64,000 bases of DNA from an uncultured Fibrobacterota bacterium (GTDB lineage: Bacteria > Fibrobacterota > Chitinivibrionia > Chitinivibrionales > FEN-1185), in contig CAVSQB010000026.1 in assembly GCA_963729895.1 (NCBI GenBank), positions 96,001 to 160,000 on the forward strand. Direction: 5' to 3'. Every line of letters starts with the position of its first letter. Positions within the stretch are counted from its first letter, which is position 1. Positions 37,374 through 45,837 of this stretch are shown in pieces. Made by a program: the position numbers and the translations under genes. Under the pieces are notes generated by a model, which saw only the letters and a list, made by a program, of their open reading frames with translations, was not told the origin of the DNA and ran no database searches.

Positions 37374-37790
37374 CTACGCCATCTCTATCGCCCGCCGGCC
37401 GTTCCCCTTGTCCTCAAACCGAATCATCCTCGTTTCCGGCGGCAAAACGCCGGGAAACATGTCGGCCCATTCGATAAGGACAACGCCGTCGCCGCGAACA
37501 TACTCGTAGAACCCCGTTTCAACGAGTTCCTCCTGTTTCTTAAGCCGGTAGAAATCGAAGTGAAAGACGGGAAACTCCGGCGCGTCGTGGATATTGACAA
37601 TAGAAAATGTGGGGCTCCGCACTTCCGACGGTCCGCACAATGCCTCCACAAACCCGCGCACGAATTCGGTCTTGCCGCTTCCGAGCCCGCCCACGAGCGC
37701 AAACACCTCGCCGGGACGGGCGGTTTTTGCCGCGTGCGCGCCGAACGCTCTGGTTTCTTCGACTGAGTGTGAGATGATTTGTGAACTCAT
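37374..37790 (-). CDS. tsaE: tRNA threonylcarbamoyladenosine biosynthesis ATPase
   Basis: GGLGSGKT, V.SPTF, HFDFYRL, IEWAD. Confidence 0.95.
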   Translation of the reverse strand: MSSQIISHSVEETRAFGAHAAKTARPGEVFALVGGLGSGKTEFVRGFVEALCGPSEVRSPTFSIVNIHDAPEFPVFHFDFYRLKKQEELVETGFYEYVRGDGVVLIEWADMFPGVLPPETRMIRFEDKGNGRRAIEMA

Positions 37791-37815
37791 GATAGAATAT
37801 TCTTGATTCGATTTT

Positions 37816-37881
37816 GGATTGCTGAGCGGGTGCAGCCGGGGGCCACCCGCTGCAAGCCCGAACCTTCTGCTGGGCGCACCC
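37816..37881 (+). repeat. Diverged family A hairpin repeat, copy 3
   Basis: ggattgctgagcgggtgc...ccttctgctgggcgcaccc keeps the leader and the closing stem. Confidence 0.45.
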
Positions 37882-38080
37882 TAGAAGCACCCGATTAGGA
37901 AAAAGCGCAACTGTACTCTTTGCTCAAGTCGGCCTTTTTCCCTTTATCCATTTTGAGTCTATAAGTGGGCTCGACATTCCATTAACTAATGCGAAATTAA
38001 GAAGGCATCTTAGGATCAGCTGTCAACCAAGCTTCACTGGTGCCCCCGCACGGGGGTTGACGCTTGCCACTATGCTTGGT

Positions 38081-38220
38081 AGGGGGTCACCTGCTGAGGG
38101 GGTGTGGGTGCAGATCGCCGCCGCCTTGATTGCATTGATATGTTTCACAAGAGAAAGGCGGCGGCAGCTGCACCCCAGGGGGACGACCCTTGGAAGTACC
38201 CGACGGGGTAAACTTCCCCC
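38081..38220. repeat. G-tract hairpin repeat, family B, copy 1 (3' of porX)
   Basis: gagggggtgtgggtgcag...ctgcaccccaggggg...cttccccc; related to 41616-41718. Confidence 0.7.
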
Positions 38221-38244
38221 ATTAACAAATTACTAAAAACATCT

Positions 38245-39813
38245 CTATTTAGGTTTCATAATAGCTAGCGGAATAATGATCTCCTCCATGGAAATCCCGC
38301 CGTGCTGGAAGCTGTTCTGATACTGCCGCTGGTAATTCTCGAATTTGTCGGGGTAGACAAAATAGTAATTCTCCCGCGCGATGATGCAATAGGAGTTGAG
38401 GGAGAACGCCGGAAGCTTGAACACGGTGGGATCGGACAGAAACAGGGCGTGCCGCTCGTCGCAGGTTATGTTCTCCCCGAACTTGTAGCGCAGGTTCTTG
38501 GAGGTCTCGCGGGAACCGTACACCTCGGTGCCGCGGGTGCACAGGGTGGAGCCGTGATCGGTGGTAAGAATGACGGTGCAGTCCTGCGTGGCAAATTCCT
38601 TGAGGATCGCAAAAATGGTGGAAAACTGGAACCACGACTGCGTGAGCGAGCGAAACGCGGTCTCGTCGGGCGCAATCTCCTGCAGGATGCTCGACGTTGA
38701 GCGGCTGTGCGTGAGCATGTCGACAAAATTGACGACAATGGAAACGAGCTGGTCCTTTTCGTACGACGCAATCTTCTTGAGAAATTCCTTGGAGTCTGAT
38801 GCGTCAAGTATTTTGGCGTACTTGGGATCGTCTGCGTAGTCCAGCCCGCAGCTCTTGAGCTTTCTTGCAAGAAGCTGGCGTTCGAACCGGTTGAGGCTGC
38901 TCTCATCGTCGCTCGGCGTTTTCCACAGGTCCGGGTAATCGTTGGCGATGTCGATGGGGAACTTGCCGGCAAAAAGCGCGTTGCGCGCGAACGGGGTGGA
39001 CGTAGGCAGGATCGAATAGAAATAGTTGCGTTCGATGTCAAAATATCTGCGCAGGAGAACTTCTATCGCGCAATACTGGTCCAGCCGCATGCAGTCAAGC
39101 ACCACGAAATAGACTTTCTTTCCTTCCTTAAGCCGGGGCACCAGAAACGTCTCCACGATGTGGGGAGACAAAAGCGGGGGGTTATTTTCGCCCTTGAGCC
39201 ACTGGCCGTAGTTCTCCGCAATAAAATCGCCGAACGCGGTGTTGCAGTCGGATTTCTGGCCGGCATGGGCCTGGCGCAGCCCTTCGTCTTCCACTTTCTC
39301 CAATTCGAGATCCCATTTGGTAAGCCCCTCAAACTGGCGCGCCCAGTCTTTGGCGGTCATGCGCGTGGACAACGCAAGGCGGGTGTCGGAGTAGTTACGC
39401 ACGAACTTCTGGGTGATTTGCGTGGAAATGATCTGCTTCGAATCGAGCAGCTTCTTGCATATCGAAAGGATCTGGCTCGGGTTGACCGGCTTGGTAAGGT
39501 ACCCGTCTATCTTCTTGCCCAGCGCCTCGTCCATCACATGCTCTTCTTCGCTTTTCGTCACCATCACCACGGGAAGATCGGGCGCAATTTCCTTGATTTC
39601 TTCGAGCGTGGTAAGTCCGTCTTTGCCCGGCATCTGCTCGTCGAGCAAAACGATGTCGAACGCCTTGGAATTTTCACGGATAAGATGAATTGCGTCGTGG
39701 CCGGAGTACACGGGCGTCACGTTGTAGCCGCGCGATTCCAGGAACATGATGTGCGCCCGGAGAAATTCGATCTCGTCGTCCGCCCACAGGACCGTCTTGC
39801 GGTTGCCGCTCAT
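38245..39813 (-). CDS. porX: PorX-type response regulator (REC + PglZ/alkaline phosphatase domain)
   Basis: LWADDEI, LLDEQMPG, MVTKSEEE, YLTKPVNPSQI, ILPTSTPFARNALF, TTDHG, FQHGGISMEE; adjacent to tsaE. Confidence 0.9.
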   Translation of the reverse strand: MSGNRKTVLWADDEIEFLRAHIMFLESRGYNVTPVYSGHDAIHLIRENSKAFDIVLLDEQMPGKDGLTTLEEIKEIAPDLPVVMVTKSEEEHVMDEALGKKIDGYLTKPVNPSQILSICKKLLDSKQIISTQITQKFVRNYSDTRLALSTRMTAKDWARQFEGLTKWDLELEKVEDEGLRQAHAGQKSDCNTAFGDFIAENYGQWLKGENNPPLLSPHIVETFLVPRLKEGKKVYFVVLDCMRLDQYCAIEVLLRRYFDIERNYFYSILPTSTPFARNALFAGKFPIDIANDYPDLWKTPSDDESSLNRFERQLLARKLKSCGLDYADDPKYAKILDASDSKEFLKKIASYEKDQLVSIVVNFVDMLTHSRSTSSILQEIAPDETAFRSLTQSWFQFSTIFAILKEFATQDCTVILTTDHGSTLCTRGTEVYGSRETSKNLRYKFGENITCDERHALFLSDPTVFKLPAFSLNSYCIIARENYYFVYPDKFENYQRQYQNSFQHGGISMEEIIIPLAIMKPK

Positions 39814-39856
39814 GAAGGGTGCCTCGCTTTATCGCCCGAAAAATAGGAACTCGGAC

Positions 39857-39957
39857 TCACCACGGAGACATGGAGGACGCGGAGAAATGAAAGGCCATCA
39901 TTAATCTTCAATCTATAATTTTGGATTCTCTTCTTGTTCTCCGTGCCTCCGTGGTGA
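39857..39957. repeat. Palindromic element TCACCACGGAG...CTCCGTGGTGA
   Basis: Terminal inverted arms tcaccacggagaca / tgcctccgtggtga around an AT-rich spacer. Confidence 0.75.
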
Positions 39958-39994
39958 ATCTTTTCTCCTTCAGCCTGCCTGAAAATAATTGATC

Positions 39995-41311
39995 TCATGC
40001 TCTGCCGGCCTTTGGTTCGGCCCCGGCCGGTTTATCCGGGCCCACCGGAAGGTCGATGAAGAACGTGGTCCCCTTGTCTTTCTGCGACCACGAAAGATAG
40101 ATCCTTCCCTTGTGGTAATCTTCCACGATCCGTTTTGCCAGCGTGAGCCCCAGGCCCCAGCCGCGCTTCTTGGTGGTGAAACCCGGCGCGAATATTTTCT
40201 TCTGGTCTTCCCACGAAATGCCTTTCCCGTTGTCGGTGTGGGAAATACGCACGATCCTGTCGGCGCCCACATAGTCGGTCTTTATTTCGATGAGGCCGTC
40301 GGGCTTCACAATTGCGTCTACCGAATTCTTGAGCAGGTTTTCAAACACCCACTCGATAAGCTGCTTGTTGACCGCGATGGCGGGTATCGCGCCCGGCGAA
40401 AGCCGGATTTCGATGTGCTTGCCCAAGAAGGGAAGCCGCGTGCGGAAATAGGTGGCGGCGTCGTTGAGCACGGCGTTTAAGTCGCACGGAACAAGCGCGG
40501 GGACGCTCCCGATCTGGGAGAACCGGCTCGTCACCTTGCGCAGCCGCAGCAGGTCGTTCCCCATGTTGTCCGTCACCGTGTGCACCTGCTTGACAAAGTC
40601 CTCAGGGTCGATCGGTTCGTCCGCGTGCGTAAGCGATCCGATGTATTCGACCCAGCCCATAAGGGATGAAATAGGCGTGCCGAGCTGGTGCGCGGTTTCT
40701 TTGGCAAGTCCCACCCAGAGGTTGCTTCGCTCGGTAACACGGATGTTCTGGAACCCCAGGAACGCAAAGAAGATGAAGGCGGCCACCAGTCCCGCTTCGA
40801 TATACGGCATGCGGGAGAGGCTGTGGATGAGTTCGCTGTTGCCGAACACGAGGTAGCCGAGCCTCGAATGCGTCTCGCTGAGGTACAGAACCTTGGGCGC
40901 GTAGCTCTTCTTGAACTCAGTAACATTCGCCCTGATCTTGGCAATTGCGGAGGCGGACGTGTCGTGCGTCGGGACCTCGGTGCGATGGAAAAACGGGCCC
41001 ACCACGATGTTCCGCCACATGAGGGGGTTCCACAGCGTGTCGGTGATGATGACCGGAATATTCGCCTTGCGGATGATCTCCTCGAAGATGACGTTCATTT
41101 CTTCATTGTTCATGCGCTCGGTGATTGCCGTGCGGATGAGCTCGGCGTAGGTCTGGGTCACGCTCACCGACTCTTCCTGCAATTGCATGATGATGGTGCG
41201 CGTGTATTGCGCGTACCAGATAAACGCGGCAAGGCAGGCGAGCAGCAGCACATACCGTCCGGTAAACGGCCGGATTCGCATGAGGAAACGGTAGAAGGTT
41301 GGATTTGCCAT
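39995..41311 (-). CDS. Membrane sensor histidine kinase
   Basis: Two TM segments; H-box WVGLAKETAHQLGTPISSL; ENLLKNSVDA, DNGKG, GFTTKKRGWGLGL. Confidence 0.93.
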   Translation of the reverse strand: MANPTFYRFLMRIRPFTGRYVLLLACLAAFIWYAQYTRTIIMQLQEESVSVTQTYAELIRTAITERMNNEEMNVIFEEIIRKANIPVIITDTLWNPLMWRNIVVGPFFHRTEVPTHDTSASAIAKIRANVTEFKKSYAPKVLYLSETHSRLGYLVFGNSELIHSLSRMPYIEAGLVAAFIFFAFLGFQNIRVTERSNLWVGLAKETAHQLGTPISSLMGWVEYIGSLTHADEPIDPEDFVKQVHTVTDNMGNDLLRLRKVTSRFSQIGSVPALVPCDLNAVLNDAATYFRTRLPFLGKHIEIRLSPGAIPAIAVNKQLIEWVFENLLKNSVDAIVKPDGLIEIKTDYVGADRIVRISHTDNGKGISWEDQKKIFAPGFTTKKRGWGLGLTLAKRIVEDYHKGRIYLSWSQKDKGTTFFIDLPVGPDKPAGAEPKAGRA

Positions 41312-41387
41312 ATGATCTTAATCTAAAGGTTATTCTTTCTTGTCGTCTTATATGCAAAGACGTGCTTCAAACGGTTAAATTCCCAAT

Positions 41388-41424
41388 GGGCGTTCCCCTC
41401 GCATTGCTCGGTCCGGCCTAACGC
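41388..41424 (+). repeat. Internally deleted copy of the GGGCGTTCCCC...CCTAACGC element
   Basis: gggcgttcccctcgcattgctcggtccggcctaacgc. Confidence 0.7.
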
Positions 41425-41615
41425 GAACAACAAAACTGCAATCGGTCTAATTCTCTATCCGCAATCCAAAATCCTAAATCTATTTCTAACGCCTATGCCC
41501 TCCGCCTTCAGCACCCCGCATTCCAAAGCGAACAGAGATTTTCCTCAGACCTGTACCATCCTCTCTCCGCGGGTACCCCCACAACACAAGATTGATTCTT
41601 GCAAATAGTCCTGCG

Positions 41616-41718
41616 AGGGGTGCACCCAGGAGGGGGTGTGGGTTCAGACATCAGGCGCGAATTGATATTGACATTTGCCATGCGCCGGATGGCTGAACCC
41701 CAGGGGGAACCTTCCCCC
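41616..41718. repeat. G-tract hairpin repeat, family B, copy 2 (3' of serS)
   Basis: gagggggtgtgggttcag...ctgaaccccagggggaaccttccccc. Confidence 0.7.
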
Positions 41719-41730
41719 ACCGATTCATCT

Positions 41731-43014
41731 TTATATTTTCACAATTTCCTTCATCCCGTGCATATACGGCTGCAAAACGTCCGGAACACGGATCGACCCG
41801 CTTGCCGTCTGATAGGTCTCCAAAATGGCGACCAGGATGCGCGCGGTAGCAAGGCCGCTGCCGTTGAGTGTGTGGACAAAGCGCGGCTTCTCGCCGTGTT
41901 TCGGCCGGTAGCGGATGTTCATGCGGCGCGCCTGGAAATCCTCAAAATTGCTGCACGACGACACCTCAAGGAACTTCTTCTCGCCCGGCGCCCATGCCTC
42001 GAGGTCGTAGCACTTGGCCGCCGCGAACGACAGGTCCGCGTCGCACAGCGCAAGAATGCGGTACCGTAGGCCGAGCGCCCGCAGGATACCCTCTGCGTCC
42101 CGCCGCAGCAGTTCGAGTTCGTCGTAGGACGTTTCGGGGACCGTGAACTTTACAAGCTCAACTTTGTTGAATTCGTGCACGCGCAGGAACCCCTTGGTGT
42201 CCTTGCCGTAGGAGCCGGCCTCGCGCCGGAAACACGCGCTGTAGGCGCAGTATTTTACCGGCAGCAGCTCCGCATCGAGGATCTCGTCGCGGTGGAGGTT
42301 GGTGACCGGCACTTCGGCCGTCGGAATGCAGTACAGCCGGTCTTCACCGATGTAATACATCTGGTCCTGCGATTTGGGCAACTGCCCGGTGCCGAACAGG
42401 CTGTCGGCGCTCACGAGGAAGGGCGGGAATATTTCGCGGTACCCGCCCTTCTGCGTGTGCGTGTCGAGGAAAAAATTGATAAGCGCCCGTTCGAGCAGCG
42501 CGCCCGCGCCCTTGTACACGGGAAACCCGGCGCCAGCCACCTTTGCCCCGCGGGGAAAATCCATGATGTCGAGTGCGGTGCCGAGCTCAAGATGGTCTTT
42601 GGGTGCAAAATCGAATGAAGGCTCGGTTCCCCATTCGCCGAGTGCGACGTTATCTTTCTCGCCGCCGCCGTGCGGCACGCTGCGGTGAGGGATGTTGGGA
42701 ACCCAAATCGCCAGCAACCGGATTTCTTCTTCCACGGCTTTTTGCTGGTCGTCAAGATCCTTTACCTTTTCGGAAAGCGCCTTCATCTCAGCCATGAGAC
42801 CGGCCGCCTCCGCGTCCTTCTTCTCCCTTTTGAACTGGGCGATCTCGGGCGACCTGGCGTTGCGGACGCTCTTGAGCTGCTCCACATCCCGGATTATCTG
42901 CCTCCTTCGCTCATCGAGCGACAGAATCTTGTCTATGTCAACCGGGCATTTCTTGTTGGCCGCCGCGGCCTTGACGAGGTCGGAGTTGTCGCGGATGAAC
43001 TGAAGATCGAACAT
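41731..43014 (-). CDS. serS: Serine--tRNA ligase
   Basis: GTGQLPK, IPTAEVP, CFRREAGSYGKDT.G..RVHEF.KVE, EVSSCSN..DFQARR, TLNGSGLA. Confidence 0.97.
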   Translation of the reverse strand: MFDLQFIRDNSDLVKAAAANKKCPVDIDKILSLDERRRQIIRDVEQLKSVRNARSPEIAQFKREKKDAEAAGLMAEMKALSEKVKDLDDQQKAVEEEIRLLAIWVPNIPHRSVPHGGGEKDNVALGEWGTEPSFDFAPKDHLELGTALDIMDFPRGAKVAGAGFPVYKGAGALLERALINFFLDTHTQKGGYREIFPPFLVSADSLFGTGQLPKSQDQMYYIGEDRLYCIPTAEVPVTNLHRDEILDAELLPVKYCAYSACFRREAGSYGKDTKGFLRVHEFNKVELVKFTVPETSYDELELLRRDAEGILRALGLRYRILALCDADLSFAAAKCYDLEAWAPGEKKFLEVSSCSNFEDFQARRMNIRYRPKHGEKPRFVHTLNGSGLATARILVAILETYQTASGSIRVPDVLQPYMHGMKEIVKI

Positions 43015-43259
43015 GGGACGATTTCCTTTTCTGTCACAGGTGCAATCACGTATGCGCCGGAGGGGCGTACTAAAAATACCGTTTTGTCCGGAGAAAAACG
43101 ACTATTTATGCCACAAATCCCGGCCATTTCCGTCATTCCCGCGTACACGCAGCCGTCGGGGGTGCCTCGGAAGGCCACAGTTATGTTTCCCCGGTCCGAA
43201 ACCCTTTCTATTATTTTTCAATTTCCGTTCGCAGGCAATCAACCGCAAAGGCTCCTTTC

Positions 43260-43658
43260 GTGCAAACCTTTCCCCCTGTCGAAACCCTGCTTCCGCACCG
43301 GCCGCCCGCCGTTGTCGTGGACAGGATCATCGCATATGAAAAGGGGACAATCCGGTGCGAAAGAAGGGTCGGCCCACACGAACACTACGGTCCCGGATTG
43401 TCCGCCGAAGGCATTGTTGAATTCTGCGCGCAGGCAGCAGTTTTGTGCGAGGCAATGGGCTCGGGCCGGGCGATGCGGCAGGGTGTGCTCGCAGGCATCG
43501 ATGATTTCGTTTTCTTCCGGCACGTGACGGCCGGCGATGTCGTAGTCGCGGATATAAGGGTGAAAACAAGGTTTGGCAGCCTCGGCCTTTTCGAATGCGA
43601 TGTGACGTGCGGCGGCTCTCCGGTTGCGCACGGCTTCCTGAAGGCGGCGCAATCGTGA
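43260..43658 (+). CDS. Hotdog-fold 3-hydroxyacyl-ACP dehydratase-like protein (ApeP-like)
   Basis: 'LLPHRPP..VVDRI', 'E..AQAAA'. Confidence 0.75.
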   Translation: MQTFPPVETLLPHRPPAVVVDRIIAYEKGTIRCERRVGPHEHYGPGLSAEGIVEFCAQAAVLCEAMGSGRAMRQGVLAGIDDFVFFRHVTAGDVVVADIRVKTRFGSLGLFECDVTCGGSPVAHGFLKAAQS

Positions 43659-44770
43659 CCGCGCCTTCACACAAAGCAGTGATTCTCGAAGAAGGCGGCA
43701 TCCTCTGCGGACTGGGCTCGCTTGAGGAAACGGTTACCGACCTGTTCGACGGGGCGAGCGCCATCGTGCCCGGCCCGTGCTTCGGCGTGCCCGCGGCATA
43801 CGTGCCGTTCAAGGACCCATCCTGGCGAGGCCTTGCAACGGCCGCGGAAACGCTTGCGCCCTGCATCGACACATCCGGCCTTGACAAAAATACAACGGCA
43901 TTTATTTTCTGCGCGGCAAAAGGGGATATTTCCGGGCTCGAGAAATTCTGCGAATCGGGCGCGCCGCCGGACGCGTTTTTGCCGTTGCTTTCGTCGCAGG
44001 CAGACTATGCGAAAAAGGTTTTGGGCGTCCCCGCCTGCCGCACCATCGTAATCTCGGACGCGTGCGCATCCGGCGCAACGGGCGTGGAAATCGGCCGCGA
44101 GATGCTCGTGTCGGGCCGCGCTTCAGCGGTGGCGTTGTTCGGCTTCGACGGCATTTCGCGTTTCGTGGCAACCGGGTTCCATGCGCTGTCGGCGCTCTCG
44201 TCCGCGGGCGCGCGGCCGTTCGACGCGGCCCGCGACGGCCTTACCATGGGCGACGGCGCGGCAATCGCCTTGTTGACATTTCGCGAGCCCTTTGCAGACG
44301 ACATCGTCGTCGCCGGGGCGGGAAGCTCGAACGACGCCAACCACCGCACCGGGCCGTCGCGTACCGGCGACGGGCTCTTCCGCGCCGCCAAAGCCGCGCT
44401 TTCCGACGCGGGAATGCCGCCAGGCGATATCGGCAGCGTCAAATGCCACGGCACAGCCACCGCCTATAACGATGCCATGGAGGCAAAGGCGATTGCACGC
44501 CTGTTCGGCGACGAAATTCCTCCTTGCTTTTCGGTAAAAGGCGCACTTGGCCATACCAGCGGCGCGGGATCGCTTCTGGAAATCTGCGTCGCGTCCGAAT
44601 GCCTGCGCCGCAGGCTCGTGCCGCCCACCGCCGGATTCTCGGCGCATGGTGTGGACGAACCCATCCCGGTGTCTGCATCGTCCCAGTTGCCAAAGAAGAA
44701 TTCGATGCTGTGCCTTTCGGCCGGGTTCGGCGGCATCAATGCCGCCGTGGTGCTTGTGGAGGCGCAATGA
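43655..44770 (+). CDS. Beta-ketoacyl-ACP synthase (aryl-polyene/flexirubin type)
   Basis: Cys-His-His triad: DACASG, HGTATAYND, KGALGHT; NDANHRTGPSRTG. Confidence 0.9.
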   Translation: MTAPSHKAVILEEGGILCGLGSLEETVTDLFDGASAIVPGPCFGVPAAYVPFKDPSWRGLATAAETLAPCIDTSGLDKNTTAFIFCAAKGDISGLEKFCESGAPPDAFLPLLSSQADYAKKVLGVPACRTIVISDACASGATGVEIGREMLVSGRASAVALFGFDGISRFVATGFHALSALSSAGARPFDAARDGLTMGDGAAIALLTFREPFADDIVVAGAGSSNDANHRTGPSRTGDGLFRAAKAALSDAGMPPGDIGSVKCHGTATAYNDAMEAKAIARLFGDEIPPCFSVKGALGHTSGAGSLLEICVASECLRRRLVPPTAGFSAHGVDEPIPVSASSQLPKKNSMLCLSAGFGGINAAVVLVEAQ

Positions 44771-45546
44771 AAAGGCGCATCGTTATCGATTCATTCGGCG
44801 CAGTGCTTCCCGAGGGCATTGCGGGACCTTCGGGCACGCAGCCGTGGGACGCCGGTCAGGCCGGTCCCCGCGACGTCCGCCGGGACCAGGTACTGGATAA
44901 ACCGTACGTGAATTTCGGCAAGCTCATGCTTCCCGACAGGCTTGCGTTCTGCGCGGCAGCGGCGGCCCTTTCCCGTTATGTGATTGCCGACGGTCAAACG
45001 GCGGCAATCACTCTCGGCATTTCCGCGGGCTCGCTTTCCACCGACCTGCGGTACCTCGAATCGGTGCGTGCAGGTTTTCCCAGCCCCGCTGTCTTTTCCG
45101 CAACGCTCCCGTCGTCGGCCATCGCCGATATCGCCATTTACTTCGGCCTCAAAGGGCCCAACAGGGTGGTTGCCGGCAACGTCGCAAGCGGCCTTACCGC
45201 GCTGGAACTTGCCGTGTCATTGCTCGAAACCGGCAAGGCGGCGTGCGCGCTTTCTCTATCTGTAAATGCGGTTGAAGCTGCGGACGCGGACAGTCCCCTG
45301 TTCGATCCAGCGGCAGACCGCACCTGCCGCGCCTGCGCGTTTCTCCTGACAACTATGCCGCAGCCGGGCGGGCTCGGCATGGAGATGGAGGCGTCGTTTG
45401 CATCCGGGGACAATGGGGCGGCGCACGCATGCGACGAATTATATTTCACAGACCTTGTCCGGCTCTTGACCGCACAGCAAAGCGGACGCGTCGTTGCAGT
45501 ATCATGCGACGTGGCTTCAACGCTCTCTCTTTCAAAGGGACCGTAA
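44767..45546 (+). CDS. Non-catalytic ketosynthase N-terminal / chain-length-factor-like protein
   Basis: 'Y..FGKL...DRL', 'SL.TD..Y', 'PSPAVFSATLPS..IA.I.I...LKGPN'; no catalytic Cys. Confidence 0.8.
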   Translation: MKRRIVIDSFGAVLPEGIAGPSGTQPWDAGQAGPRDVRRDQVLDKPYVNFGKLMLPDRLAFCAAAAALSRYVIADGQTAAITLGISAGSLSTDLRYLESVRAGFPSPAVFSATLPSSAIADIAIYFGLKGPNRVVAGNVASGLTALELAVSLLETGKAACALSLSVNAVEAADADSPLFDPAADRTCRACAFLLTTMPQPGGLGMEMEASFASGDNGAAHACDELYFTDLVRLLTAQQSGRVVAVSCDVASTLSLSKGP

Positions 45547-45806
45547 TGGAAACTCTGATCGACACCCTCAAGAGCCAGATAGTAACGGCCCTCAAATTGT
45601 CTGACGTCAAGCCCCAGGACATCGACCCCGACGCGCCCCTGGTCGGCGGCGGGCTGGGCCTCGACTCCATCGACACGCTCGAATTGCTCGTACTTCTCGA
45701 AAAGGAATACGGGGTAACAATCCCCGATGTGAAGGTCGGCAGGCAGGTGTTCGCCTCGGTACGCGCGCTCGCCGGCTACATCCAGAACAACCGTTCCAAA
45801 GGGTGA
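45546..45806 (+). CDS. Acyl carrier protein (aryl-polyene type)
   Basis: GLGLDSIDTLEL phosphopantetheine motif; TAATG coupling to the upstream gene. Confidence 0.92.
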   Translation: METLIDTLKSQIVTALKLSDVKPQDIDPDAPLVGGGLGLDSIDTLELLVLLEKEYGVTIPDVKVGRQVFASVRALAGYIQNNRSKG

Positions 45807-45837
45807 TCGTCTTCTGGCTGCACTCCCTCTCATCGGC

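Noticed and set aside
34910..37881. Family A repeats as c-di-AMP (ydaO) riboswitches
   Set aside because: Only short word matches (GAGC.GGG.GACCC, GAATCC); too short, missing the other conserved blocks, and not consistently 5' of genes.
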